A DNA stretch of 64,000 bases from an uncultured Holophaga sp. (lineage in GTDB: Bacteria; Acidobacteriota; Holophagae; Holophagales; Holophagaceae). The notes beneath the pieces were generated by a model. It made no database searches and was not told where the DNA came from. It saw only the letters and a program-made list of their open reading frames with translations. A program made the position numbers and the translations under genes. How positions within the stretch are numbered: position 1 is the stretch's first letter; every line of letters starts with the position of its first letter. Of the stretch, positions 10,125 through 20,909 are shown in pieces. The stretch lies in assembly GCA_963664825.1 (NCBI GenBank), contig OY761614.1, positions 2,432,001 through 2,496,000 of the forward strand, written 5' to 3'.

Positions 10125-10154
10125 AAGGGCCGCGGCAGATGCCGCGGCCCTTTT
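10125..10154. terminator. Bidirectional terminator between bamD and the DegT gene
   Basis: AAGGGCCGCGGCA-GA-TGCCGCGGCCCTT-TT. Confidence 0.75.
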
Positions 10155-10171
10155 GCTTCCGTGAAGGGGAA

Positions 10172-11305
10172 CTACTTCTTGCCGAAGAAGCTCAGCAATC
10201 CCTTGGCCACTTCCTCCAGCATGGCCTCCGTCATCTCGGGGTAGACCGGCAGGCTCAGCACTTCCTGGGAGGCCAGTTCGGTCTCCGCGAGCTGTCCGGC
10301 CTTATAGCCCAGATAGGCGAAGCAGGGCTGCTGGTGGAGGGCGATGGGATAGTAGACCGCGCATCCGATGCCGAGGCCCCGGAGATGGGCCTGGAGGGCA
10401 TCGCGCTTGCCCTGCTTCACGCGCACCGTGAACTGGTTGTAGATGTGGCGGCCATCCGGCACGGTCTCGCTGGGCAGCACCATCTCCTCAGGAGTGATGG
10501 CCTTCAGGCGATCGAAGTACCACTGGGCGTGTTTCCGCCGCCCCTCATGCCAGGATTCCAGCATGGGCAGCTTGGCCCGGAGCACCAGGGCCTGGAACTC
10601 GTCCATGCGCCCATTCATGCCCACCTCGTGATGGACGTAGACGGGCTCCATGCCATGGACCCTCAGGCGGCGCACCCGAGCCGCCAGCTTCTCGTCGTCG
10701 CGGATCAGGGTCAGGCCAGAATCACCGAAGGAACCGAGATTCTTGGTGGGATAGAAGGAGCAGCCCGTCATGTCGCCGAATTGACCCGCGGATTTGCCCC
10801 AACCCTTGGCGCCCAGGCTCTGGCAGGCGTCCTCGATGACGGGGATGCCATGCTTCTTGGCCACGGCCATGATGGCCGGCATCTCCGCCAGCAGGCCGAA
10901 GAGGTGCACAGGCATGATGGCCTTGGTGCGGGGCGTGATGGCGGCTTCCACCAGCTTGCCGGTGGCGTTGAAGCTCACCGGATCCAGGTCGATGAAGACA
11001 GGCTTGGCGCCCGTGCGGGCCACGACGCCGGCTGTGGCGAAGAAGGTGAAGCTGGGGAGGATGACCTCGTCGCCAGCCTTGATATCGAGAGCCATGAGGG
11101 CCACCAGCAGCGCGTCGGTGCCGCTCGACATGCCGACGCCGTACTTCGCGCCGGAGTAGGTGGAGAGTTCGGCCTCCAGGCCCTTCACGTTTTCGCCCAG
11201 GATGAAGGCGGATTTGTCGATGATGGTGGAAAGCCCCTCTAGGATCTTCGCCTTCACCGAGGCGTTCTGGGGTGCGAGTTCAAGCATGGGCACGGACATG
11301 GGCAT
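10172..11305 (-). CDS. DegT/DnrJ/EryC1/StrS family PLP aminotransferase
   Basis: SSGTDAL, FTFFATA, PVHLFG, EDACQSLG, SFYPTKNLG..GD.G. Confidence 0.95.
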   Translation of the reverse strand: MPMSVPMLELAPQNASVKAKILEGLSTIIDKSAFILGENVKGLEAELSTYSGAKYGVGMSSGTDALLVALMALDIKAGDEVILPSFTFFATAGVVARTGAKPVFIDLDPVSFNATGKLVEAAITPRTKAIMPVHLFGLLAEMPAIMAVAKKHGIPVIEDACQSLGAKGWGKSAGQFGDMTGCSFYPTKNLGSFGDSGLTLIRDDEKLAARVRRLRVHGMEPVYVHHEVGMNGRMDEFQALVLRAKLPMLESWHEGRRKHAQWYFDRLKAITPEEMVLPSETVPDGRHIYNQFTVRVKQGKRDALQAHLRGLGIGCAVYYPIALHQQPCFAYLGYKAGQLAETELASQEVLSLPVYPEMTEAMLEEVAKGLLSFFGKK

Positions 11306-11481
11306 CTCCTGGCTGCCCTGGCAGGACTCTAGGCTGCCTGGGCGGATGAGAACAGTATGCCAGGGGCGTTGCGCCTGCGTCCCGTGGGGTGCATCCTGGG
11401 GGCTATTCCTCCACAGAACCTCGATTGCATGCCCCCGGGCGCCAAGTCTGGGGCCGGTCCCTTCGCTCGGGGAGGACAGCC

Positions 11482-13677
11482 GTGCCAGATACCCTCCCCT
11501 TCGACGAGGATCTCCAAAGGCTCCTGGAGGCCTGCCACCACGATCCCTGCGCTGTCCTGGGCCGTCACGAAGCTGAGGGCGAGGCCCTGGTGCGCGCCTT
11601 CCTGCCCCGTGCGGTCTCGGTTGCCATCGCCGAGGGGGGCAGGCCGCTCTCCCGTCTGGGCGCCAGCGATCTCTTCGAATGGCGGGGCGAGGGGTCCGAT
11701 CTGCCCGCCCATTACGGCTTCCGGTGGCGGGACGGGGAGGGCTTGGAACACCTCGCCCACGACCCCTATACGTTTGCGCCGCAGATTTCGGACTTCGATC
11801 TGCATCTCTTCCGGGAGGGGCACCACTGGCATGCCCACCGTTTCCTGGGTGCCCATGTCCAGGAGGTGGACGGCGTACCCGGCGTCCTCTTCGCCCTGTG
11901 GGCGCCCAACGCCGAGCGGGTGAGTGTGGTGGGGGACTTCAACGGCTGGGATGGCCGCTGCCATCCCATGGGTGTGCATGGGGGGCACGGCGTATGGGAG
12001 CTCTTCATTCCCGATCTGGGGCCCGGGGCGCTCTACAAGTTCGAACTCCGGAACCGCGATACGGGCCTCGTGTGCCTCAAGACCGATCCCTACGGCCGCG
12101 CCTTCGAGCTGCGGCCCCGGACGGCCTCCCTTGTCCTGGACGATGGGCGCTTCGCATGGGGGGATAGGGACTGGATGCGGGCGAGGGCCGATCGCGACTG
12201 GCAGCAGGAGCCCATGTCCGTCTACGAGGTGCATCTGGGCTCCTGGCAGCGGGGGCCGGAGGGGGAGTTCCTGAACTACCGGGAGCTGGCCCGGCGCCTG
12301 GTGGATTACGCCCTGGAAATGGGCTTCACCCATATCGAGCTGCTTCCGGTCACCGAATACCCCTTCGATCCCTCCTGGGGCTACCAGACCACCGGCTACT
12401 ACGCTCCCACCCGCCGCTGCGGAAGCCCTGAGGACTTCCGCGCCTTCGTGGATTACTGCCACGACCATGGCCTGGGCGTGCTGGTGGACTGGGTGCCTGC
12501 CCACTTTCCCAAGGATGCCCACGCCCTGGCCCGCTTCGATGGCACGGCCCTCTACGAGCACGAGGATCCGCGCATGGGTGAGCACCAGGACTGGTCCACG
12601 CTGATCTTCAACTTCGGGCGCCACGAGGTGAAGAACTTCCTCCTCTCCAGCGCCCTCTTCTGGCTGGAGGAGATGCACCTGGATGGCCTGCGGGTGGACG
12701 CCGTGGCCTCCATGCTCTACCTGGACTACTCGCGGAAGGAGGGCGAGTGGATTCCCAACCATTACGGGGGGCGGGAGAACCTGGACGCCATCGATTTCCT
12801 GAGGGAGCTCAACGTCGTTGTCCACCAGCAGTGCCCCGGCGCCCTCATGATCGCCGAGGAATCCACGGCCTGGCCCCAGGTCAGCCGGCCCACGTACCTG
12901 GGGGGCCTGGGCTTCGACCTGAAGTGGAACATGGGCTGGATGAACGACACCCTGCGCTACATGAGCCATGAGCCAATCCACCGCTCCTACCACCAGGACC
13001 TGCTCACCTTCAGCATGCTCTACGCCTTCACGGAAAACTTCGTCCTGCCCTTCAGCCATGACGAGGTGGTGCATGGCAAGGGATCGATGCTCAACAAGAT
13101 GCCCGGCGACGAATGGCAGCGCTTCGCCAATCTGCGCGCCCTCTACGCCTACCAGTTCACCCACCCCGGCAAGAAGCTGCTCTTCATGGGCACGGAGTTC
13201 GGCCAGGGGCTGGAATGGAATAGCGCCGGTGTCCTGGACTGGTACGTGCTGGATTACCCCGTCCACCGGGGCGTCCAGCGCCTGGTGAAGGACCTGAACG
13301 CCCTCTACCGGCGGGAGGCGGCCCTGCATCGGGTCGAGTTCCAGTGGCAGGGCTTCGAATGGATCGATTGTCACGATGCCCGGCAATCCGTCCTCGTCTT
13401 CCTCCGCTGGGCTGGGGAGGCCTTCCTGGTGGTGGTGGCCAACCTCACGCCCGTGCCCCGCCAGGGCTACCGCATCGGCGTGCCGCGCCGCGGGCGCTTC
13501 GCGGAGATCCTCAATACCGATTCGAGCCTCTACGGCGGGAGCAATATGGGCAACGGGGACCGGGTGCTCGAGGCCGAGGACATCCCCTGGATGGGCCGCC
13601 CCTGGTCCCTGGAACTGACGCTGCCTCCCCTGGCTGTGATCGTGCTGAGGCCGGGTGCAGAGGGGGGAACCCCGTGA
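11482..13677 (+). CDS. glgB: 1,4-alpha-glucan branching enzyme
   Basis: [56 protein letters not shown] start after a GGAGG RBS. Confidence 0.97.
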   Translation: MPDTLPFDEDLQRLLEACHHDPCAVLGRHEAEGEALVRAFLPRAVSVAIAEGGRPLSRLGASDLFEWRGEGSDLPAHYGFRWRDGEGLEHLAHDPYTFAPQISDFDLHLFREGHHWHAHRFLGAHVQEVDGVPGVLFALWAPNAERVSVVGDFNGWDGRCHPMGVHGGHGVWELFIPDLGPGALYKFELRNRDTGLVCLKTDPYGRAFELRPRTASLVLDDGRFAWGDRDWMRARADRDWQQEPMSVYEVHLGSWQRGPEGEFLNYRELARRLVDYALEMGFTHIELLPVTEYPFDPSWGYQTTGYYAPTRRCGSPEDFRAFVDYCHDHGLGVLVDWVPAHFPKDAHALARFDGTALYEHEDPRMGEHQDWSTLIFNFGRHEVKNFLLSSALFWLEEMHLDGLRVDAVASMLYLDYSRKEGEWIPNHYGGRENLDAIDFLRELNVVVHQQCPGALMIAEESTAWPQVSRPTYLGGLGFDLKWNMGWMNDTLRYMSHEPIHRSYHQDLLTFSMLYAFTENFVLPFSHDEVVHGKGSMLNKMPGDEWQRFANLRALYAYQFTHPGKKLLFMGTEFGQGLEWNSAGVLDWYVLDYPVHRGVQRLVKDLNALYRREAALHRVEFQWQGFEWIDCHDARQSVLVFLRWAGEAFLVVVANLTPVPRQGYRIGVPRRGRFAEILNTDSSLYGGSNMGNGDRVLEAEDIPWMGRPWSLELTLPPLAVIVLRPGAEGGTP

Positions 13678-13701
13678 CGCCTGGCTTAGCGAAATGAACG
13701 A

Positions 13702-13805
13702 GGCTCCACTGGAGCGCGACCCACTGGACGATTATGTGACTCGGTGCGGGTGCCCCGTTGCTGGGACTCCACTGGAGTCCCAGCAACGACCCGCATCCGA
13801 GTCAC
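13702..13805. repeat. Long compound hairpin with CCACTGG repeats between convergent genes
   Basis: GTGACTCGG-TGCGGGT...CGTTGCTGGGACTCCA-C-TGGAGTCCCAGCAACG...ACCCGCA-T-CCGAGTCAC, plus an upstream GCTCCACTGGAGC. Confidence 0.75.
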
Positions 13806-14476
13806 CCCCTTGCATACCTCTGCAGCTTCTGGATATCCAGGATGCGGACGACGGGGAAGGTGCTCTGGATGAGGCCCAGATCGGCCAGGAGGCGCAGGGC
13901 TCGGCTGAAGGCTTCGCGGCTGGCGCCGATGCACTGGGCGAGGTCTTCCTGGGTCTCCTGGAATTCCACCAGGGTGCGGGTGGGGGTGCGGTTCTGGTAG
14001 TCCAGGATGAGCTGGGCCACGCGCTCGGGCACGCTGTGAAGGCTGAGGGTCTCCACCAATTGGATGAGATGGCGGACCTTGCCGGCGAAGTGGCGGATGA
14101 TGACCTCGCCGATGGCCGGATTGCGATGCACCATGCGCTTGAGGGCCGGACCCGGGATGAGCCAGCATTCCGTCTCGCCATGGGCTTCGGCGCCGCTGGC
14201 GATGGGTCCGCCATCGAAGACCTGGACCTCGCCGACGCAGGTGCCGGGTTGGAGCATATCCAGGACCTGGACCTTGCCCCGGCCATCGGTGCGGAAGACC
14301 TTCAGGGAACCCTGGACGACCACGAAGATCCCGGGGAGCATCTCGCCCTGGTTGAAGACGATGGCCCCGTCCGGATAGCGGCGCAGCTCGCTGACGGAAG
14401 CCAGCTCCTCGGCCTCCGCCTGGGGAAGGCCCGCGAGATAATCCACCCGCCTCAGATTGACGATAGCCTGGCCCAT
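13802..14476 (-). CDS. Crp/Fnr family transcriptional regulator
   Basis: cNMP-binding-like domain (VFNQGE, V.QGSLKV, GE) and HTH TQEDLAQCIGASREAFSRAL. Confidence 0.93.
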   Translation of the reverse strand: MGQAIVNLRRVDYLAGLPQAEAEELASVSELRRYPDGAIVFNQGEMLPGIFVVVQGSLKVFRTDGRGKVQVLDMLQPGTCVGEVQVFDGGPIASGAEAHGETECWLIPGPALKRMVHRNPAIGEVIIRHFAGKVRHLIQLVETLSLHSVPERVAQLILDYQNRTPTRTLVEFQETQEDLAQCIGASREAFSRALRLLADLGLIQSTFPVVRILDIQKLQRYARG

Positions 14477-14497
14477 GAAGGTTCCACTCGCTCCTCG

Positions 14498-14513
14498 CGT
14501 GATTTGTATCACA
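14498..14513. promoter_or_regulatory. CRP-type operator (TGTGA-N6-TCACG) upstream of the Crp/Fnr gene
   Basis: The minus strand reads TGTGATACAAATCACG, about 22 bp upstream of the ATG. Confidence 0.7.
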
Positions 14514-14620
14514 GTTCCCGGACAATCCGAAGTGGGATGGTCCTTTAGGGGCTCTGACGACTTTGTTTGTTGACGGGCCGTCAATTTATTGGGAGATGCA
14601 TTGGATTTTGTGCTCACGGA

Positions 14621-16645
14621 TCACCAGATCGAGGGGCGATCTGTCGCGGGGCGCAGCATGGGGTCGCCCTCCTTGCATCCGAAGGCCTCGAAGAATTCCG
14701 GCATATTGACCAGGGGGCCCAGGATCCGGTATTTGGCCGGGGAATGGACATCGGTCATCAGGCGGGAGCGCAGGGCCTCTTCCCTGTGCTTGAGCCGCCA
14801 GGTCTCGGCGTAGCCCAGGAAGAAGCGCTGCTCGGGGGTGAAGCCCTCGATGAGGCCCACGGGGGCCTTGCCGCGTTGGCTGAGTTTGTAGGCGTCGAAG
14901 GCGATCTTCAGGCCGCCCAGGTCGGCCAGGTTCTCGCCCAGGGTGGTCTTCCCATTGATGTGCATGCCGGGCAGGGGCTCGAAGGCGTCGAACTGCTTCA
15001 CCACGAGCTGGGCACGGGCATCGAAGGCCTTGGCGTCCTCGGGAGTCCACCAGTCCTTGAGATTGCCCTGGGCATCGAACTGGCGGCCCTGGTCGTCGAA
15101 GCCGTGGGTCAGCTCGTGGCCGATGGTGGCGCCGATATTGCCGTAGTTCACCGCGTCATCGGCCTCCAGATCGAAGTAGGGCGGCTGCAGGATGCCCGCC
15201 GGGAAGCAGATCTCGTTGAGGGTGGGCTCGTAGTAGGCGTTGTTGGTGGGGGGCGTCATCAGCCATTCCCCCCGGTCCAGGGGTTTGCCCAGGCGGCCCA
15301 GGTTGCGCTGGAATTCGAAGGCCCGGGCCTTGAGGGCATTCAGGACGAAGGGGCCGCGATCGATTTCCAGCTTGGAATAGTCGCGCCAGACATCGGGGTA
15401 GCCGATCTTCACCCGGATGGTGTCGACCTTGCCAAGGGCCTGCTGCTTGGTGGTTTCACCCATCCATTCGAGCTGGAGGATGCGACTCCGCAGGGCCGCC
15501 AGGATGTTCTTCACGAGTTCATTCATCCGGGCCTTGGCCTGGGGTGGAAAGGCGCGCTCCACGTAGAGCTTGCCGAGGGCCTCGCCCAGGGCTTCATCGG
15601 TGTGAGCCAGGATGCGCTTCCAGCGGGGCTTCTGGATCTGGGTGCCCTGGAGGGTCTTGCCATAGAAGGCGAAGGACTCCTCCTCGATGGCGGCGTTCAG
15701 GTCGGAAGCCGTGCTGCGCAGCAGGTTCCAGCGCAGGTAGGTCTGCCACTGGGCCAAGGGCACATCCTGGGCCATGCGGCCCAGTTCCTGGAAGAAGCTC
15801 GGCTGGCGCACCAGCAGGTTCTTCACGGAACCCAGGCCCAGGGCCTTGAAATAGGCGTTCCAGTCCAGGCCGGGGGCCAGCTTGGCTAGGCCTGCCAGGG
15901 TCATCTTATGGTAGACGGCATTGGGGTCTCGGAGCTCCTCCATGCTCATGGAGGCCTTGGCGAGCCTCAGCTCCAGGCCCATGACGGCCTCGGCATGAGC
16001 CTTGGCCTCGGCGGGCTTTTCCCCCAGGAATTGGAAGTTCTTTGCGACATGGAACAGGTACTTGGCCCGGAGTTCCAGGGACTTGGCATCGGTCTTCAGG
16101 TAGTATTCCCGCTCCGGCAGCCCCAACCCGCCCTGGGAGATCTGGACGATGTAGTGCTCGCTGGCCTTGTCATCCTGGTCCACCCGGAACTGGAAGGCGG
16201 GCCTGAACAGTTCCCTGTGGAGGGAAGCCAGCATTTCCGGCAGGTGCTCCCGCTTGAGCTCCTCGATGCTGGCCAGGTGGCCCTTCAACGGCTTCAGGCC
16301 CTCCTTCTCGATGCGGGGGATGTCCATGCCCGAGGCGAAGTAATCCCCCACCTTCTGGCGCTCGGAACCCTTGGGGGCGGTCCTATCCTGAGCGGCTCCC
16401 TCCAGGATCTCCTTCAGGACCTTGAAGGAGCGCTCCTCGATCTCCTGGTCCACGCCATAGGAGGCATATTCCGGGGGGATCACGGTGTTCTTCTCCCAGG
16501 TGCCCAGGGCGTAGCCGAAGAAGTCATCGCAGGGACGCACGGAGGTGTCCATGTTCTTGGGGTTGAAGCCGTGGTAACCCTGGGCGGCGAGGGGACTGGC
16601 CGCGAGGCACAGGGCGAAGGCGGGAAGAAGGATTCGGCGGATCAT
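14621..16645 (-). CDS. Secreted M13 family zinc metallopeptidase (copy 3)
   Basis: Signal peptide; PCDDFF, NAYY, FPAGILQPP, GHELTHGFD, GENLAD. Confidence 0.96.
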   Translation of the reverse strand: MIRRILLPAFALCLAASPLAAQGYHGFNPKNMDTSVRPCDDFFGYALGTWEKNTVIPPEYASYGVDQEIEERSFKVLKEILEGAAQDRTAPKGSERQKVGDYFASGMDIPRIEKEGLKPLKGHLASIEELKREHLPEMLASLHRELFRPAFQFRVDQDDKASEHYIVQISQGGLGLPEREYYLKTDAKSLELRAKYLFHVAKNFQFLGEKPAEAKAHAEAVMGLELRLAKASMSMEELRDPNAVYHKMTLAGLAKLAPGLDWNAYFKALGLGSVKNLLVRQPSFFQELGRMAQDVPLAQWQTYLRWNLLRSTASDLNAAIEEESFAFYGKTLQGTQIQKPRWKRILAHTDEALGEALGKLYVERAFPPQAKARMNELVKNILAALRSRILQLEWMGETTKQQALGKVDTIRVKIGYPDVWRDYSKLEIDRGPFVLNALKARAFEFQRNLGRLGKPLDRGEWLMTPPTNNAYYEPTLNEICFPAGILQPPYFDLEADDAVNYGNIGATIGHELTHGFDDQGRQFDAQGNLKDWWTPEDAKAFDARAQLVVKQFDAFEPLPGMHINGKTTLGENLADLGGLKIAFDAYKLSQRGKAPVGLIEGFTPEQRFFLGYAETWRLKHREEALRSRLMTDVHSPAKYRILGPLVNMPEFFEAFGCKEGDPMLRPATDRPSIW

Positions 16646-16767
16646 CGGGTCTCCGGGGGCGAATAGAAGGGTGCTGGCTTCCAGTGTGCTACCAAATGGG
16701 GGGCTCTGAACAATGGGCCCCGGAACGGGTGGCGTTCCAGGGCCCGTCATCGGGATCAGGGGTGGGT

Positions 16768-18795
16768 CTACCAGATGGTGGGGCGTTCCGCAGCGGGGCG
16801 GGCCATGGGCGTCCCCTCGGGAATCTGGAAGACCTGGATGAATTCAGGCATGTTGGCCAGGGGGCCGTTCACCCGGAAATGGGCGGCGCTGTGGGGATCC
16901 CCCATGACGAGCATGCGGGCGGTTTCGGGCCGGGCGTGGAAACGCCAAGCCTGGGCATATCCCAGGAAGAAGCGCTGCTCGGGCGTGAATCCATCGAGAT
17001 CGCTGGGCTTGCCGTTCTTGGCCCAGCTCTTCTTCAGGGCCTCGAAGGCGATCTTGAGGCCCCCCAGGTCGGCGATATTCTCACCCAGGGTCAACTTGCC
17101 ATTAAGCTTGAGGCCCGGGAGGACTTCGAAGGCGTCGGCCTGCTTGATCACCAGATCCGTGCGGGAGGCATAGGCTTTGGTGTCTTCGGGGGTCCACCAG
17201 CTCTTCAGGTTGCCCATGGAGTCGTACTGGCAGCCCTGGTCGTCGAAGCCGTGGGTCATCTCGTGGCCGATGACCATGCCGATGCCGCCGTAGTTCACGG
17301 CGTCATCGACCCCTGCGTCGAAGAAGGGGGGCTGAAGGATGCCCGCCGGGAACACGATCTCGTTCATGCTCGGATCGTAGTAGGCGTTCACCGTCTGGGG
17401 CGTCATGCCCCATTCGCTGCGATCGAGGGGCTTGCCCAGCTTGGCCAGGCCCCGCTGGAACTCGAAGCGGGAGGCGGCGATGGAATTGGAGAGATAGGCG
17501 CCCTTTTTGACCTGGAGCTTGCTGTAATCGCGCCAGGTATCGGGGTAGCCGATCTTCACGTTGAAGGCCGCCAGCTTCTGCAGGGCCTTCTGCTTGGTGG
17601 CTTCGCTCATCCAGGTGAGCTGCTCGATGCGGTCCTTGAGGGCGGCGCGCAGATTGCCCACGAGGGCGAGCATCTTGGCCTTGGCCTCGGGGCTGAAGGC
17701 CTTCTTGACGTAGAGTTGGCCCACCACTTCGCCCAGGGCGCCGTCCGTGGCGGACTGCACGCGCTTCCAGCGGGCCTGGCGCACCTTGGCGCCGGTGAGC
17801 ACCTTGCCGTAGAAGGCGAAGCTCTCCGTGCCGAAGGCTTCCGGCAGTTCGCCCGCCGTGCCATGCACCAGATGCCAGCGCAGGTAGGTCTTCCACTGGG
17901 ACATGGGCAGATCCTTGGCCATGCGGCCCAGTTCCTCGAAGAATTGAGGCTGGCGCACCAGGATCGTCTTCTGCTCCGGCAGGCCGATGGCCTTGAAGTA
18001 GCTCGCCCAGGGGAAACCTGGTGCAAGCTTCGCCAGTTCCGCGGGGCTCATCTTGTGGTAGACCGCATGGGGATCCCGCTGCTCGACCTGGGTCATGGAG
18101 GCCTTGGCCAGGCGCGTCTCCATGTCCATGACGATGCCCGCATGGGCCTTGGCCAGGAGTGGGGTCTCCCCCAGGAGCTCGAACATCTTGGCGACGTGGT
18201 TCAGATACTTGGCGCGGATGTCCTGGGACTTGGCGTCCTCCAGGGTGTAGTAGTCCCGGTCGGGCAGACCCAGGCCGCCCTGCACGAACTGGGCGATGTA
18301 GCTGGTGCTATCCATGTCGTCCTGACCCACGCCGAAGCCGAAGGCCGCGCTGGAGGTCTCCATGTGCATGTGGCCGATTTCCAGGGCCAGGTCCTGGGGG
18401 GTCTTGAGGGTCTCGATGCGAGCCAGCAGCGGCTTTAAGGGCTTCAGACCCGTTTTCTCGATGGTGGCGGCATCCATGCCCGCAGCAAAGAAATCACCCA
18501 CCTTCTGGAGGGCGGAGCCCTGGGGAGCCTTGGTGGCCGAGGCCTCCTCCATGATCTCCTTCAGGGTCTTCCGATTGGCTTCCCGCAATTCATTGAAGGC
18601 GCCCCAGGTGGTCTGGTCGGCGGGGATGGGGTTGGCCTTGAGCCATCCGCCATTGGCATACAGGAAGAAGTCCTGGGAGGGTTTGATGGTGGTATCGCAA
18701 TTGGCGGGCTGAATGCCGTGGCCGGGTTCAGGATTTGCTGCGACCAGGAGGCCGGAGGCGAGGCAGAGGGAAAGGGCTGTGGTGCACAGTTTCAA
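16768..18795 (-). CDS. Secreted M13 family zinc metallopeptidase (copy 2)
   Basis: Signal peptide (TTG start); VNAYY, GHEMTHGFD, GENIAD. Confidence 0.96.
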   Translation of the reverse strand: MKLCTTALSLCLASGLLVAANPEPGHGIQPANCDTTIKPSQDFFLYANGGWLKANPIPADQTTWGAFNELREANRKTLKEIMEEASATKAPQGSALQKVGDFFAAGMDAATIEKTGLKPLKPLLARIETLKTPQDLALEIGHMHMETSSAAFGFGVGQDDMDSTSYIAQFVQGGLGLPDRDYYTLEDAKSQDIRAKYLNHVAKMFELLGETPLLAKAHAGIVMDMETRLAKASMTQVEQRDPHAVYHKMSPAELAKLAPGFPWASYFKAIGLPEQKTILVRQPQFFEELGRMAKDLPMSQWKTYLRWHLVHGTAGELPEAFGTESFAFYGKVLTGAKVRQARWKRVQSATDGALGEVVGQLYVKKAFSPEAKAKMLALVGNLRAALKDRIEQLTWMSEATKQKALQKLAAFNVKIGYPDTWRDYSKLQVKKGAYLSNSIAASRFEFQRGLAKLGKPLDRSEWGMTPQTVNAYYDPSMNEIVFPAGILQPPFFDAGVDDAVNYGGIGMVIGHEMTHGFDDQGCQYDSMGNLKSWWTPEDTKAYASRTDLVIKQADAFEVLPGLKLNGKLTLGENIADLGGLKIAFEALKKSWAKNGKPSDLDGFTPEQRFFLGYAQAWRFHARPETARMLVMGDPHSAAHFRVNGPLANMPEFIQVFQIPEGTPMARPAAERPTIW

Positions 18796-18893
18796 GGATC
18801 ACCTCGGGGGGAAGACGTACTTCCAGGGAACAGTTTGAGGGAAGGGGGGCCGGGCTTCGGTGATCCCCGGCACTTGTTTAAGCGCGGTCTGGG

Positions 18894-20909
18894 CTACCAG
18901 ATGGCCGGGCGCACCCCGGCGGGCCGCTGCATGGGCGTGCCTTCGCCGCATCCGAAGGCCTCGAAGAATTCCGGCAGGTTGGATAGGGGGCCCAGGACCC
19001 GCTGGCGCCCGGGGCTATGGGGATCGGTCTTGAGGCGCACGGAGAGGGCCTCATTGCGGATATGGTTGCGCCAGACCTGGGCGGCTCCCAGGAAGAAACG
19101 CTGCTCGCCGGTGAACCCGTCGATGAGCGGGGCGGTTTGGCCTCCCAGGCTCTTCTTCCAGGCCGCGAAGGCGATCTTGAGGCCTCCCAGATCGGCGATA
19201 TTTTCCCCCAGGGTGAGCTTGCCGTTCACGTGCTCGCCGGGCAGGGGTTCGAAGGCGTCGTACTGCTTCACCACGAGGTCCGTGCGGGCCTGGTAGGCCT
19301 TTTTATCGGCCTCGGTCCACCAGTTCTGGAGGTTGCCGCTCCAATCGTATTGGCTGCCGCTGTCGTCGAAGCCGTGGGTCATCTCGTGGCCGATCACCCA
19401 TCCGATGGCCCCGTAGTTCACCGCATCGTCGGCCTTCGGGTCGAAGAAGGGCGGCTGCAGGATGCCGGCGGGGAAGGCGATCTCGTTCATGCTGGGGCTG
19501 TAGTAGGCGTTCACCGTGGGAGGGGTCATGCCCCATTCCGTGCGGTCGATGGGCTTGCCGAGCTTGGCTAGATTCTCCTTCACGCGCCAGGCGGAGGCCC
19601 GACGCACATTGCCGAAGTAGTCGTTTCGCTTCACATCAAAGGAATAGGTCTTCCATTTGTCGGGGTATCCCATCTTCACCCCGAAGGCCTCCAGCTTGCG
19701 GAGGGCCTGCCCCTTGGTCGCCTCGCCCATCCAATCCAGGCCCGTGATGCGCTCCTTGAGGGCTGCGCGGAGGTTCTCCACCATCTCCAGGACCTTCTTC
19801 TTGGCCTCGGGGCTGAAGGTCTTGGCCACGTAGAGCTGGCCCAGGGCCTCCCCCAGAGTGCCATCGGTGGCGGTCTGGATCCGCTTCCAGCGCTCCTCCT
19901 GGGTGGGCACGCCATTGAGCACTTTGCCGTGGAAGGCGAAGGCTTCATCCGCGAAGGCCTTGGGCAGCAGATTGGCCGTGGCGCTCACCAAGTGCCAGCG
20001 CAGGTAGGTGCGCCACTGGGCCACCGGCACCTCCTGGCTCAGTTTGCCGAAGGCCTGGAAGAAGGAGGGCGTGCTGACATTGAGGTCTTCGATCTGGACG
20101 CCTCGGGCCTGGAAATAGCCCTTCCAATCAAAACCTAGGGCCTCCTTCTGAACCTCGTCGGGCGTGCGCTTGTTGTAGCGCTTGACGGGGTCGCGCAGTT
20201 CCACCCGGCTCCACTGGGCCTGGGCCAGCTTGGTCTCCAGCGCCAGCACGGTGGCGGCATCCAGCCTGGCCTGAGGAGGCTTTTCCCCCAGCAGCTCGAA
20301 CATCTTGGCGACATGGGTTTGGTATTTCTCCCGGACGGCCTTGGAGCGGGCATCGTCCTTCAGGTAGTAGTCCCGGTCGGGAAGGCCCGTGCCGCCCTGG
20401 CCCAGGCTCGCCATGTAGCGGGTGCTGTCCTTGGCGTCCTGGCTGATATGGAACCCGAAGAATCCCGGCAGGCCTTCGTTATGCCACTTCGCGAGAAAGC
20501 CGGGCAAATCCCGGGTCTCCCGGAGGGCCGCGATGCGCGCCAGGTAGGGCTTGAGAGGCGTCGTGCCGCGCTTCTCGATGGCAGGTTCGCTCATGCCGCT
20601 GGCGAAGAAATCGCCCACCTTCTGCTGCACGGTGCCCTTCTTCCAGTGCGGGTTCTGAGAGGTCTCCGTGAGGATTTGGCGCAGCGCCTCCCGGTTGTGA
20701 TCCGAGACTTCCTCGAAGGCGCCATAGCGGCTCTTATCGGCGGGCAGGGCGTGGCGCTTCAGCCAGCCCCCGTTGGCGAACTGGTAGAAGTCTTCGCAGG
20801 GCTTCATCGTCGTATCGAGATTGATCGGATCGACGCCCGTTTTGGGAGCGCCTGCCGCCAGGGTGGCCGTCACCAGACTCAGCGTGAAGAACAGGGAGCA
20901 TCGGAGCAT
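18894..20909 (-). CDS. Secreted M13 family zinc metallopeptidase (copy 1)
   Basis: Signal peptide; PCEDFY, VNAYY, GHEMTHGFD, GENIAD. Confidence 0.96.
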   Translation of the reverse strand: MLRCSLFFTLSLVTATLAAGAPKTGVDPINLDTTMKPCEDFYQFANGGWLKRHALPADKSRYGAFEEVSDHNREALRQILTETSQNPHWKKGTVQQKVGDFFASGMSEPAIEKRGTTPLKPYLARIAALRETRDLPGFLAKWHNEGLPGFFGFHISQDAKDSTRYMASLGQGGTGLPDRDYYLKDDARSKAVREKYQTHVAKMFELLGEKPPQARLDAATVLALETKLAQAQWSRVELRDPVKRYNKRTPDEVQKEALGFDWKGYFQARGVQIEDLNVSTPSFFQAFGKLSQEVPVAQWRTYLRWHLVSATANLLPKAFADEAFAFHGKVLNGVPTQEERWKRIQTATDGTLGEALGQLYVAKTFSPEAKKKVLEMVENLRAALKERITGLDWMGEATKGQALRKLEAFGVKMGYPDKWKTYSFDVKRNDYFGNVRRASAWRVKENLAKLGKPIDRTEWGMTPPTVNAYYSPSMNEIAFPAGILQPPFFDPKADDAVNYGAIGWVIGHEMTHGFDDSGSQYDWSGNLQNWWTEADKKAYQARTDLVVKQYDAFEPLPGEHVNGKLTLGENIADLGGLKIAFAAWKKSLGGQTAPLIDGFTGEQRFFLGAAQVWRNHIRNEALSVRLKTDPHSPGRQRVLGPLSNLPEFFEAFGCGEGTPMQRPAGVRPAIW

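Noticed and set aside
11329..13386. Long antisense ORFs (685 aa here; also 6700-8181, 16684-18438, 24713-26410, 40790-42874, 53224-54723, 56807-58648)
   Set aside because: Shadow ORFs opposite well-supported genes, expected from high GC3 codon bias; no recognisable motifs.
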